Assembly (NCBI GenBank): GCA_963843555.1
Contig: CAWJKV010000015.1
Location: 41,353 to 105,352, forward strand
Length of the DNA stretch: 64,000 bases
Source: an uncultured Methanosarcinales archaeon
GTDB taxonomy: Archaea; Halobacteriota; Methanosarcinia; Methanotrichales; Methanotrichaceae
Direction: 5' to 3'
Shown here: one piece after another, positions 41,696 to 52,050 of the stretch
Numbering within the stretch: the stretch's first letter is position 1
How the letters are laid out: the number at the start of each line of letters is the position of its first letter
The notes under the pieces: generated by a model
What the model saw: the letters and a program-made list of their open reading frames with translations, nothing else
The model's database searches: none
Told to the model about the DNA's origin: nothing
Position numbers and translations under genes: made by a program

Positions 41696-42577
41696 TCAGG
41701 CCTCCAGCTCTTGTTCAATGCTCTTCAGAGCGGCGATCCTGGCTTCCAGAGTCGGATGCGTTGAGAGCAGGTTCATTATAGCCGAACCGGAGATGGCAGG
41801 CACTATGAAAAGTGCGCTGACCGGCCCTTCCACTTTTCTCAGGTCCTGCGTGGGCACTTTGGAGCCACTGATCTTCATCAATGCCGAAGCCAGATTGGAC
41901 GGCTGACCGGTTATGACCGCCGAGCCGCGATCGGCTGCAAACTCCCGGTATCTGGAAAGAGCGCGAATGAGAATGAAACTCACTATCCAGACCGCCAGGG
42001 AGACCAGAAACATTACTATGAAGCTGCCTCCGGAATCGCGATCGCGACTGCCTCCTCCTCCAAAGAACGGCAGAAACCTCACCATTATCTGAGCAATGGA
42101 AGAGAGGAATGTGGCTATTGTTATGACCATCATGTCCCTGTTTTTTACATGCGTCAATTCATGGGCCAGCACCGCCTCAAGCTCGCTTCGGTTGAGCTGT
42201 TGCATGATGCCCGTGGTCACGGCTACCACGGCATTCTTCTGATTTCTGCCCGTAGCAAAGGCATTAGGCATACTGGTATTCACTATGGCGATCTTTGGCA
42301 TGGGCAGATCGGCAATGGCGCAGAGCCTGGATACTATCTGGTGAAGTTCGGGAGCCTCGCTCTCCGATACTGTTTTTGCGCCCATAGATAACAGGATCAT
42401 CTTATCCGAATAGAAATACTGCAGAAACATAAATCCGCCCATGAAAAGAATTATTACCGTACTGCTTGTATTCATGGACAATAAAACTGCCAGGAATGCC
42501 AGGTATAGCACTGCCAGGAGAACCATGGTCAGCAACATCCTGGCTTCAAGCCCTCGATCAGACTTCCACTTCATCAT
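41696..42577 (-). CDS. htpX: Zinc metalloprotease HtpX
   Basis: PNAFATGR, HELTH, SRYREFAAD, STHPT. Confidence 0.95.
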   Translation of the reverse strand: MMKWKSDRGLEARMLLTMVLLAVLYLAFLAVLLSMNTSSTVIILFMGGFMFLQYFYSDKMILLSMGAKTVSESEAPELHQIVSRLCAIADLPMPKIAIVNTSMPNAFATGRNQKNAVVAVTTGIMQQLNRSELEAVLAHELTHVKNRDMMVITIATFLSSIAQIMVRFLPFFGGGGSRDRDSGGSFIVMFLVSLAVWIVSFILIRALSRYREFAADRGSAVITGQPSNLASALMKISGSKVPTQDLRKVEGPVSALFIVPAISGSAIMNLLSTHPTLEARIAALKSIEQELEA

Positions 42578-43015
42578 ATCTTAATTTCACCCTGATACCA
42601 TCTAGACTATCCCGTCAAACTTTGCTTTTCAGTCATAGCAATTCTTAAGCATTGGCGTCGTTCTCTGGAAGGTTATCTCTTACTCTGAACACCTTCTCGC
42701 TACTATATTAGGTCTTCTCATCATTATCTCAACTCACCCACCATCTTTCTCGTTTATTCGCACGAGCATTGTGAGGTAATGAAACTCAATCGATCCATGG
42801 CTCTTTATTCAATAGCCGATTGTGAACGAAGTTGGTGACTATGATAAGAGAAGACGACAGCTTTGGGGAGAGATCGGGTGACTCTAGAGCTCCAGTTCCT
42901 CCAAATAACTCTCGTTCCTCCAAGTAGTCTCCTCCAAATAGTCTCTTCTAAATAGTGGAAGCTACAATTATCACAACGAGCATTTTCTGAATAAAGGAAT
43001 GAGAGGCAGATTTCA

Positions 43016-43471
43016 ATGGCACAAGCGAGAATGGGTGATACTGTAAGGGTGCACTATAACGGCAAGCTGGATACCGGCATTCTCTTCGACTCCTCAGAAG
43101 GGTGCGAGCCCCTGGAGTTCGAATTGGGCTCAGGTCGGCTCATCCAGGGCTTTGAAGAAGCAGTTGTAGGAATGAGCCCGGGCGAATCAAAAACGGTGCA
43201 GATTCCTCCTGAGAAAGCTTATGGCAGATACAGAGAAGACCGAGTGATGAAAGTAGATAAAAAGGATCTTCCACCTGAGGTCGTACCAACGGAAGGCATG
43301 ACTCTTGAGGTCTGTGCCTCCAATGGTGTCATTGTTCCGGTACAGATCACGGAAATTGGGGATACGACAATCACACTCGATGCCAACCACCAGCTCTCTG
43401 AGCAGACTCTGACTTTCGAAATAAAGTTGGTGGAGATAGTGGAAAAACAGAAAGAAACGGGTCAAAAATAG
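43016..43471 (+). CDS. FKBP-type peptidyl-prolyl isomerase (SlyD-like)
   Basis: GDTVRVHYNG, FDSS, LIQGFEEA, PPEKAYG, LDANH. Confidence 0.93.
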   Translation: MAQARMGDTVRVHYNGKLDTGILFDSSEGCEPLEFELGSGRLIQGFEEAVVGMSPGESKTVQIPPEKAYGRYREDRVMKVDKKDLPPEVVPTEGMTLEVCASNGVIVPVQITEIGDTTITLDANHQLSEQTLTFEIKLVEIVEKQKETGQK

Positions 43472-43668
43472 CGATTTTGACTCTTGATGCAAAGATCGAT
43501 GGCCTCCCTGATTTGGCGTGCCTCGGGTCCAATGGTCAGAGAACTGGATGGACCGCATTCTGCATAGGCGCTGGACTTCTGCCGTTGGAGCCGGTAGATA
43601 TCCAAAAGTATTGAGGCCTCGGATAGTTGCTCGATGGAATCCAAATAGGTCTGAAAATCGCCCAACAC
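43462..43668 (-). CDS. Possible small hypothetical protein
   Basis: 68 aa ORF filling the gap, with a TATA-like element upstream; no recognisable motif. Confidence 0.35.
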   Translation of the reverse strand: MLGDFQTYLDSIEQLSEASILLDIYRLQRQKSSAYAECGPSSSLTIGPEARQIREAIDLCIKSQNRYF

Positions 43669-43708
43669 AAATTAGATATATAATCAAATGAGAAAGTAGC
43701 TAAGTATA

Positions 43709-44299
43709 ATGGCCACTGCCGTTCGGGAGGATGGCAGTAATTATGGACTTCAGGTGGGACTCGTTTTGGCTGATCGTGCAGCGGTATTCATTGATGGCGC
43801 TTACTTAACTAAAATTCTGGATGTTGATTTCGGCAAACCCAAGATAGATCTGGGCGGGTTTTCAGATATTCTTTGCGGCAATTACGAGCGTCTGAGGACT
43901 TACTACTACAATTGCATGCCCTATCAGAGCTGCCCTCCCACAGAGGAGGAGAGCCGCAGGTTTGCCTCCATGGACAAGTTCGTCTACACTCTGCGCAAGC
44001 TTCCCAGGTTTGAGGTGAAACTGGGGCGCCTGGGCCGCGTGGGCGGAGAGTTTGTGCAAAAGAGGGTAGACATTGCCCTTGCTGCGGATCTGGTGCGGCT
44101 GAGCTGCGGCAGAATGATCGGAAAGGCAGTTATCGTTACGGGTGATAGCGATTTTTTGCCGGCAATTGAGGCGGCGAAGGAGGCAGGCGTGCTGGTCACG
44201 CTCTTTTACTCGGAGAGTTCAATTCACGACGAGCTCCTATCAGCAGTCGATGAGAGAACGGTCATCGATCATGAGCTCATAAATCAGGTAGCTCGATGA
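43709..44299 (+). CDS. NYN domain protein (LabA-like)
   Basis: VFIDGAY, QKRVDIALAAD, TGDSDF; true start may be ~57 nt downstream. Confidence 0.9.
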   Translation: MATAVREDGSNYGLQVGLVLADRAAVFIDGAYLTKILDVDFGKPKIDLGGFSDILCGNYERLRTYYYNCMPYQSCPPTEEESRRFASMDKFVYTLRKLPRFEVKLGRLGRVGGEFVQKRVDIALAADLVRLSCGRMIGKAVIVTGDSDFLPAIEAAKEAGVLVTLFYSESSIHDELLSAVDERTVIDHELINQVAR

Positions 44300-44380
44300 A
44301 GGAGAAATAGATAACTAAATCAAAAATTAATGATTATCGCATGAAGATGGTCAGGCTGCGATTATCGCAGCCCTCCGATC

Positions 44381-45712
44381 TTACTTCTTCGCTTTCTCGT
44401 CCTTGGCGTAGACATCCCGTCGATCCACGACCTTCTTCGACTTTCCGGCCGTTCTCGGGATGGAACCCTTCTCCACCAATTCAATCTTGCTGCGCACGTT
44501 CAGGACGGACTTCAGCTTCTCTTCCGTCTTCTTTTGGATCATGGCCAGGTCAGACAATTCGCCGGTGAAAGCTTCATCCTTAAGCTCCACCTGGATGCTG
44601 ATCTCGTCCAGACCGTGTCTCTTGCGGTCCACGACAACCTGGAAGTAGTTGCCGATCTCAGGAATGCTCACCAGCACGTCCTCGATTTGACTCGGGAAGA
44701 CATTGATGCCGCGCACTATGAGCATGTCATCCGCTCTTCCCAGGAATCTATGCAGCTTTCTGCTGGTGCGGCCGCAACTGCATTTTTCTTCCAGGACGTA
44801 GGTCACGTCGCCGGTGTGGTACCTTATCAACGGCATAGCTTCCTTCGTCAGTGATGTCAAGACCAGCTCGCCCGGTTCTCCCGCCGCGCAGGGCTGCTCA
44901 TCTTTATCCAGGATTTCTATCAGGAAGTGGTCCTCCCAGATATGCAGGCCATTCTGCTCCTGGCATTCGAAGGCTACGCCCGGCCCCATCATCTCCGAAA
45001 GGCCGTATGAGTCGTAGGCCTTGATGTGCAGTGACTCTTCCAGCTCTTTCCTGGATTCGTCTGACCATGGCTCAGCTCCAAAGCAGCCGATGCGCAGCAT
45101 AAGCCTGTCCACTACCCCCCTGGCCTTAGCCGTCTCCGCCAGGTAGAGCGCATAGGAGGGCGTGCAATGCAGAGTGGTCACTCCAAAGTCTATCATGATC
45201 TCCAGTTGGCGTTCAGTGTTGCCTACTCCGGAGGGGACCGCCATGGCGCCCATGCGTTCGATGCCGTAGTGGACACCAAGGCCGCCTGTGAAGAAGCCAT
45301 AGTTTACAGCATTCTGGAAGATATCGCCTTTCTTGACCCCGACCATCACGAAGTCCCTGGCCATGAGGTCAGACCAGGTCTCAATATCCCTGGCAGTGTA
45401 GCCTACGACTGTGGGCTTGCCTGTCGTGCCAGAAGAAGCATGTACCCGCACAACCTCATCCAAGGGAACGGCGAATAGGCCGAAAGGATAGTTATCCCTG
45501 AGATCTTGCTTTCGGGTGGTGGGGAGTCTGGCCAGGTCCTCGAGGCTCCGAATATCCTCAGGATCAACTCCGGCCTTCTTGAATTTATTACGGTAAAAGG
45601 GAACGTTATCGTAGACCTTCCGGGCGACGCTCTTGAGCCGCTGGAGCTGCAGCTCTTCCAGCTCTTTTCTTTCCATGAGCTCCATTTTCGGTTGCCAGTA
45701 ATTCATTTTCAT
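44381..45712 (-). CDS. paaK: Phenylacetate-CoA ligase family protein
   Basis: HASSGTTGKP, FGAEPWS, YGLSE..GPG, RYHTGD, GRADDMLIVRGINVFPSQIE. Confidence 0.93.
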   Translation of the reverse strand: MKMNYWQPKMELMERKELEELQLQRLKSVARKVYDNVPFYRNKFKKAGVDPEDIRSLEDLARLPTTRKQDLRDNYPFGLFAVPLDEVVRVHASSGTTGKPTVVGYTARDIETWSDLMARDFVMVGVKKGDIFQNAVNYGFFTGGLGVHYGIERMGAMAVPSGVGNTERQLEIMIDFGVTTLHCTPSYALYLAETAKARGVVDRLMLRIGCFGAEPWSDESRKELEESLHIKAYDSYGLSEMMGPGVAFECQEQNGLHIWEDHFLIEILDKDEQPCAAGEPGELVLTSLTKEAMPLIRYHTGDVTYVLEEKCSCGRTSRKLHRFLGRADDMLIVRGINVFPSQIEDVLVSIPEIGNYFQVVVDRKRHGLDEISIQVELKDEAFTGELSDLAMIQKKTEEKLKSVLNVRSKIELVEKGSIPRTAGKSKKVVDRRDVYAKDEKAKK

Positions 45713-46215
45713 ACCCTGATGAATTTGTATGTCTGGTGTGTCTAGATGCAACACGGTGCCAATGAGAAAACCCGAGGTATATCAATACTTCCGATGCGAA
45801 ACACTCGGAAACGACTATTCTCCTTAAAAATGATTTTGAATCGAGGCAGCAAGTCTATTCTATGAATAAAAGGTTGGGATTTAATCATGGACCCGGGAGA
45901 GCCAAGGTGGGAGACTTGGCACTCCGGGCAAGGAGGGTTCGAACGGCTTAGCACCGATGGTGTTGATAGACGAATGTAATGAGCTGAATGTATTTAAATT
46001 ATCATGACACAAATAAAGAATTATGACACAAAGCGTGAACAGTTGTGAAACCATAAATACATATTTTTATCAGAATATCTTCATTAATCTCTCCATAAAT
46101 CACTTTTTTGGCACAATCTAGATTTCCAGTGATTAAGTGAAGGAAGGAAATATCCACCCGAAAAAATTTTATCGTCAAGCCAACATTTTTCGAAAAAATT
46201 TCGAAGAAATCCGCT

Positions 46216-47250
46216 TCATGATACAAAAATACGGGTGGTAAGAACATCTTCTAAGGGTCTTCTGGGAGTATGTTTTGCAGGCTCAGCATAACCCATGCGT
46301 ATGAGTATCTGCGGATAATTAGTTTCCAATATCTTAGCCATCTTATGCCTCAACTCTGGAATAGCAGTGGGCTGGCTGAAGAGATCGAACCTGACGCCTA
46401 ATTTTGTAGCGGTCAGGAAAAGAGATTCAAGCAAAACTCCGGCCTTGATCCAGGTCAATTTGTCTTCTTTTTGCGTGGATAATACAGCTACCGCAGGAGA
46501 TTCTTCCATGTAAGAAGTCTCTATCCTGGCCCGAGATGTCGACATATCAAAAGTTCCAAAAATAAATGAACCGAAGAAGGACTCGAAGTCAGAGTAGCCA
46601 AAGGAGTACCCTGGTAGTCCATCCATGGCATCGGAGGTATTTGGTCTTACCCAGGATGCAAGCTCCTTTCGAAAGGCCTTATTCCCTAGCTGAATCTTGT
46701 GAGCCGCAGCCAGGATATCCGCCATCTCAGTTCTGCCCACTTTGTCGGTTATGATATCCAGCTTGAATCCATCCCTATTAACGCAATCTTTCAACCTCAG
46801 AAGCGTCTCATCCTCAATGGCCCGATCTTCGTATTTCATTCTGTTAGTATGGCGTTTGGTAATCTCGGGGAATAGACCGGGAAACTTTTGTTTGCCAGGT
46901 TCCTTAGAAAATTGCACGGCTGCGGTCCTATCCCCCGAGAGGCCTTCTGGCAAGCATTTCAAATCATAACCAAGGCCAAAATGCTCTGCTGCCACGAGAA
47001 GATTGGTGAGAAGACATCCGTGGCTCATATATAGCGTTCTATCGGTGGGGTCTACCCTTGGTAGTGATCTAGTGAAGTCAGCAATTAGAGATACTTGATT
47101 TCCATTGATCGAGAACTTCCAAGGCTGGGTATTTGGTCCCGAGGGAGCCAATATCGCATATTTTAATAGAAACTTTAGCTGATCTGACAGGTTGCCCGAG
47201 GTTGGAAAATCTTCTTCTCGTACGTTCCAGGCCGCCAATTTATCGCTCAT
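46216..47250 (-). CDS. Acg-family nitroreductase-like protein
   Basis: AILAPSGPNTQPW, RHTNR, RMGY...TPRRPL. Confidence 0.88.
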   Translation of the reverse strand: MSDKLAAWNVREEDFPTSGNLSDQLKFLLKYAILAPSGPNTQPWKFSINGNQVSLIADFTRSLPRVDPTDRTLYMSHGCLLTNLLVAAEHFGLGYDLKCLPEGLSGDRTAAVQFSKEPGKQKFPGLFPEITKRHTNRMKYEDRAIEDETLLRLKDCVNRDGFKLDIITDKVGRTEMADILAAAHKIQLGNKAFRKELASWVRPNTSDAMDGLPGYSFGYSDFESFFGSFIFGTFDMSTSRARIETSYMEESPAVAVLSTQKEDKLTWIKAGVLLESLFLTATKLGVRFDLFSQPTAIPELRHKMAKILETNYPQILIRMGYAEPAKHTPRRPLEDVLTTRIFVS

Positions 47251-47373
47251 TAGTCCATCTCCTCAATTCTGCTATTCCAACTAGCTAATTGCATTCAATC
47301 TATTTAGACTATCTTTAGCTTTCAAGGATTTTACAGCAATAATTATTAGAAGGCAGTTCCATGATCTTCTCAA

Positions 47374-48393
47374 ATGAGACCATTCGTCAGGCCGAAGATA
47401 GTCATAAGCAAATGCATCGAGTTTGACCATTGCAGATATGACGGCAGTCTGATACCCAGCGATTTTGTGAAAGCTCTTAAGCCTCATGTGGACTTCATGC
47501 CTGTTTGTGCAGAGATGGAGATAGGTCTGGGCGTGCCCAGAAGCTCAATAAGGATTGTTTCAGTTAATGGAGAACCAAGGCTTATCCAGCCAGCTACCGG
47601 CCTGGATGTTACTGAAAAAATGATGGATTTTTCGGCTCATTTCTTGAGTTCGTTATCGGACGTAGACGGATTTATTCTCAAGTTTCGCTCTCCATCTTGC
47701 GGCATGAAGGACATCAGAGTCTATTCAAGCTCCGCAAATGGAGTCGCCGTATCAAAGACATCGGGGTTCTTTGGAGGAGCTGCAGTCAAATCCTTCCCGG
47801 AAATAGCCATCGAGGACGAGGGCAGGCTGCGAAACTTCAATATCAGGGAGCACTTCTTAATCAAGCTTTATTCCCTGGCCAGTTTCAGGAAAGTGCAAAA
47901 TGATGGTTCGTTATCTGAGCTGATTCAATTCCATACCGACAATAAGCTGCTGCTTGCCGCTTACAGTCAGAAGGAGGCCAAGATCCTAGGAAGGATTGTG
48001 GCCAATGATGGGAGCCTGGGTTTTGCCGAACAGGCTGGACTTTATAGAAAACACCTGGCAGACGCCCTCAAGAGGCCGCCCAAGTATACCTCGAAGGTAA
48101 ATGTGCTCATGCATTCTCTTGGATACTTCTCGGATGAGCTATCTCATGATGAGAAGGCCCATTTTCTCCGGAACATAGAGAGATATAAGGATAGAAGGAT
48201 TCCCTTCAGCGCCCTCTTGGCCATACTCCAGAGCTGGATAGCTCGTTTTGAAGAGGAGTACCTGCGGAATCAGACCTTTTTCGAGCCTTTTCCCGAGGAT
48301 CTAATAGAGCTATGCAGGGACACTCAGTGCGAATGGGAAGGATCCGATCTTTTTGAAGGGCGCGAAAACGCGAGAGGGCCTCAGAAATCATGA
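47374..48393 (+). CDS. DUF523 (thiouracil desulfurase-like)-DUF1722 (YbgA) fusion
   Basis: SKC...[30 protein letters not shown]...[22 protein letters not shown]. Confidence 0.9.
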   Translation: MRPFVRPKIVISKCIEFDHCRYDGSLIPSDFVKALKPHVDFMPVCAEMEIGLGVPRSSIRIVSVNGEPRLIQPATGLDVTEKMMDFSAHFLSSLSDVDGFILKFRSPSCGMKDIRVYSSSANGVAVSKTSGFFGGAAVKSFPEIAIEDEGRLRNFNIREHFLIKLYSLASFRKVQNDGSLSELIQFHTDNKLLLAAYSQKEAKILGRIVANDGSLGFAEQAGLYRKHLADALKRPPKYTSKVNVLMHSLGYFSDELSHDEKAHFLRNIERYKDRRIPFSALLAILQSWIARFEEEYLRNQTFFEPFPEDLIELCRDTQCEWEGSDLFEGRENARGPQKS

Positions 48394-49292
48394 AGATTGG
48401 CTATCCAACTATAGCATTGGGTTTGGGCTGCACACCCAGCCATACATTTCGGCTCGCATCTTACTCGGAAGAGAGATTGATCAATAACGTTGCTAAAAAC
48501 CTTGATTGCCTCGAAAAAATCCTGGAATACAATCTAAAGAATGATTTCTTGTTCTTCAGAATAAGCTCGGATATCGTACCATTTGCATCGCATCCCGTCT
48601 GCAAGTTTGACTGGGTTTCTCATTTTGCCGCCCGTTTAAATGATATCGGTCAATTCATAAAAAAGCATGAATTTAGAATATCCATGCATCCAGATCAATT
48701 CATCGTTCTCAATTCACCTAACCAAGAGATCGTAGAAAGATGCGTTTCCGAACTTGAATATCATTGCAGGCTGCTCGATGCCATGGAATTGGATATAAGC
48801 GCAAAAATCCAGCTTCATGTTGGCGGTGCCTATGGAGACAAGAAAAAAGCATCTTCCAGATTCATTTCTAATTACGAAAAGCTTCCTTCTGGCATAAGAA
48901 GAAGACTTGTTATAGAGAATGATGATCGGCTTTATAGCGCCAAGGATTGCCTCGAAATCAATCGTACCATCAGAATTCCCATAGTATTTGATACTCTTCA
49001 TCATCAATGCCTCAATAATGGAGAAAATTTTGCGGATATATTCAGGGAGCTAGGAAGGTCTTGGAGCAGTGCTGATGGAATTCCAATGATCGACTACAGC
49101 AATCAAGCGCCAGGCCAAAAGCCAGGAAAGCACTCCAAAACCATCAATGAAAACGAATTCAAGAAATTTATTAAAAACACTGAAGAATTTGACTTCGATA
49201 TTATGCTTGAAATCAAGGATAAGGAGGTAAGCGCGTTCAAAGCTCGCAATATTTTAAAAAATTCTCCTTCTCGCGCCAAAAATATGAATTGA
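48390..49292 (+). CDS. uvsE: UV damage endonuclease
   Basis: KIGY, FRISSD..PFASHP, SMHPDQF..LNSP, HVGG.YGDK, ENDD, FD..HH, EIKDKE. Confidence 0.93.
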   Translation: MKIGYPTIALGLGCTPSHTFRLASYSEERLINNVAKNLDCLEKILEYNLKNDFLFFRISSDIVPFASHPVCKFDWVSHFAARLNDIGQFIKKHEFRISMHPDQFIVLNSPNQEIVERCVSELEYHCRLLDAMELDISAKIQLHVGGAYGDKKKASSRFISNYEKLPSGIRRRLVIENDDRLYSAKDCLEINRTIRIPIVFDTLHHQCLNNGENFADIFRELGRSWSSADGIPMIDYSNQAPGQKPGKHSKTINENEFKKFIKNTEEFDFDIMLEIKDKEVSAFKARNILKNSPSRAKNMN

Positions 49293-49597
49293 TTCGAGAT
49301 TATTGCAGTTATTGGGCTATTTTTGACACCACTACGATACGAGATTCCTTGAAATTACTGGTCTCTGGCGAACTGCTTGCCTCTCCAATTACGATTTTTT
49401 TGAACCGAACTGCAATCTAGCTATAGCTCTGCCGGAGGCTGGCCATATATATATTGCATTAGTAGCGATAGCCTCCGGCCTTGAGCATACATATCAAGAA
49501 ATGGGACGCCGGAATCCCACTCACACAGACATAGCTTCACTGGCCATTGCTCCTCCCGTAATCTTCCATTTTGCTATTTTACAGATCTACTTCGATG

Positions 49598-50254
49598 TTA
49601 TTGATTTACTTGAACTGCAATCTCGTTTCTGCGAGAGAATGGTGGAGTCCAGGGATCATTATACTGCATCAATAGTGGTTCTCCCATAGTCGAGATTCCC
49701 CTATTTTCCAGTGTCTTGTTCAGCTGCTCAAGGTTCTTTTTATAATTTTCCTGGGTCACATAGCCCGAGAATCTGATCGTAGCTAGCTTTCTTGGCTCGA
49801 CCAACTCGATCTTGACTCTGCTAGATGAAGGCTTTGGAGTGTTGTTGATATCGAACCGCTCCGGCATTATAAAAGCCATGAATTGACCCTTTTCAGTGTT
49901 CATTGACACAACAGGAGCTGTCATCTCTATCTTTTCACCCTTAGTGGAGCCCGTTCCAGCTGGTTGTGGTGTTGGCGTCACAACAGGCGCAGTCATTTCG
50001 ATCTTTTCGCCTTTATCGTTATCTCCGGAGATGTATCTGAACAATGGGGTAAAGGCATCGTTCTGATCCTCTGCAACAGTGGTGGCCCAAATCTCCTCGG
50101 GATAGGCCCTGATTTCCACATCATTCTCCAAGATTTCCGAGACCTCATAATGAGCTTCAGGTACCGACATAGAGATAAACACTCCATAAAGGGTCCATAA
50201 GAATAACAACCCAAAAAGGATAAGCCCAGCCTGAATCGGCTTTGATAATTTCAT
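49598..50254 (-). CDS. SOUL heme-binding protein with N-terminal membrane anchor
   Basis: EIRAYP, LFRYISGDN, KIEMTAPV (twice), RFSG, YNDPWTPPFSRRNEI. Confidence 0.92.
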   Translation of the reverse strand: MKLSKPIQAGLILFGLLFLWTLYGVFISMSVPEAHYEVSEILENDVEIRAYPEEIWATTVAEDQNDAFTPLFRYISGDNDKGEKIEMTAPVVTPTPQPAGTGSTKGEKIEMTAPVVSMNTEKGQFMAFIMPERFDINNTPKPSSSRVKIELVEPRKLATIRFSGYVTQENYKKNLEQLNKTLENRGISTMGEPLLMQYNDPWTPPFSRRNEIAVQVNQ

Positions 50255-50537
50255 GAAAAATACCTCAGATTCTCTTAAATTTGGCAATGAAATATATCTG
50301 TTTCTAAGATTTAAAGCTTTTGAGACCCAAGTAAATGTAAATGCGAGGCCAAGGTCAGATAAGGGCAGCAGGAGATTGTGGCCCGATAGCTCAATGCAAA
50401 GTGGCCTCGGAGGGATGCGACATTTAGCCTTAATCGGCGCTGTAGATCTTCAAGCGCAAGTCACTGAGGATGTATCTGCAAGATATTTTCAAAAACTATA
50501 AGTCTTATCAGAGCTAAATTATGATGTTAGGTGAAAA

Positions 50538-50822
50538 ATGATGGCAGGAACTATAGAGGAATATCAGAGGCTTTTTAGAGAGGCTACCGTCTCGGATCAA
50601 ATGAAACTATTTCGACTTCATGTAGCTATTTATCTGGTGGTGAACATTATTTGGCTGGCATTAGTAATGATGGGATCGATAACCATTAAGCCATCATGGG
50701 CCATTTACTACTCTCCGGTAGGGTGGGGTCTACTGATAATTGTTCACTACTGGTTCTATGTCCGAGGCGCTGAAAACCTATGCAAGCTCAGGGAAGAGAC
50801 GGTCGTGGCCAAGATAAAGTAG
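50538..50822 (+). CDS. 2TM-domain small membrane protein
   Basis: FRLHVAIYLVVN...W...P.VGWGL.IIVH. Confidence 0.8.
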   Translation: MMAGTIEEYQRLFREATVSDQMKLFRLHVAIYLVVNIIWLALVMMGSITIKPSWAIYYSPVGWGLLIIVHYWFYVRGAENLCKLREETVVAKIK

Positions 50823-50877
50823 TCTAATCCATGTAGGAGATTGGACTAAACATCGCAGTCCCGTGGTTAGGGACTTT

Positions 50878-51489
50878 TCACTTTTTATAGATCCATGGGC
50901 AATGGCTTCCCTTCCAGGGAATCATCCTAGGCACCTTTTTCTGGTAATCATTGTACTCTTTTCCGAACTGAGCCAAGAGCCTCGTTTCCCAATGCATCGA
51001 CCCCAGATAAAGGTAAAGGGATGCCAACAGATATGTTACTAAAAGCTTTGTGGTCATGAATGGAGTCATCCACATCCCCAACAAACCCGAAATAAGAAAT
51101 GGATCTCGAACATAACAGTAGACGCCTCGCGGCACGAGAGGCTTTGTCTCTTTCGATTTTGAAAGCTGCTGGCCAATAGAAAATCGGTGTGGTGAATCTG
51201 TAAAGCCCTTGACAATCCATGCTGCAGACAATAGCTGCACACCTACCATGAGCCAGCGCCAAGGCGAGGAGATGACATAGAGCTTCCGGCCGGGAAACAA
51301 CAGCAACATCATCGCCAGCGGAATAAATGTAATTGTGGCAAAGATGCTGTAGAATATCATATACCAACGAGCCATTCCAGGTCCGAAGACGCCCCAGGCA
51401 AAATCTTTGAACTGCTTACTGGCAAGCAAGCTATGCATAGCTGCGAAAGCTATCAGATATGCAACTTGTATTAGACTGGTGAACGACAT
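50878..51489 (-). CDS. NnrU/ICMT-like membrane methyltransferase family protein
   Basis: FAAMHSLLAS, GVYCYVRDP, ETRL..QFG.EY..YQKKVPRMIP. Confidence 0.8.
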   Translation of the reverse strand: MSFTSLIQVAYLIAFAAMHSLLASKQFKDFAWGVFGPGMARWYMIFYSIFATITFIPLAMMLLLFPGRKLYVISSPWRWLMVGVQLLSAAWIVKGFTDSPHRFSIGQQLSKSKETKPLVPRGVYCYVRDPFLISGLLGMWMTPFMTTKLLVTYLLASLYLYLGSMHWETRLLAQFGKEYNDYQKKVPRMIPWKGSHCPWIYKK

Positions 51490-51535
51490 ACAATCAAGAC
51501 TCCTGCTAGCCAATGGCTTTGAACCTCTTGGCCAG

Positions 51536-51763
51536 CTACTCACTCCGCTCATCTGTTTTTTTGACCTCAACGCAATCGTAGATCTCATCGGCAGAGAGGC
51601 CAGTGTCATCATTAGCTTTTCCAGCAAGGGTGCAATTGAATAGAGGGGCATTCTCTCCTTCAACACTATGCTTTTCTCTGTACCATTTCTTGATATACGG
51701 AGCCAGAAGCACTACTATTAATATCAATATGCCTAATGCCGCAATTATGATGAAGTTGACCAT
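51536..51763 (-). CDS. Small membrane-anchored hypothetical protein
   Basis: GGAGG RBS; N-terminal transmembrane helix and a two-Cys tail. Confidence 0.6.
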   Translation of the reverse strand: MVNFIIIAALGILILIVVLLAPYIKKWYREKHSVEGENAPLFNCTLAGKANDDTGLSADEIYDCVEVKKTDERSE

Positions 51764-52050
51764 GGGAAACCTCCACTATATTGATTCAAGTCCTATTTGT
51801 GTATGATATATCTTCAAACCTAAATGTTTTTCCAATATCCAGAAGTAATCCCGTTGAACTAGCCCCGGGAAAATGAGGCCAAACTGCAAAAATCTTTACA
51901 GACATCGACAGGGCATGCATCACCAAATATCCTCCTCAAGTCACTTGCAGCGAGCAGGCAGAAAAAGCTTTTTATGCAATCCTTCCCCGATAAGTTTGGC
52001 AAAGATCTACAAAGATCTACCATACTTTCATTGCCAGGTTGATGAAAGAG

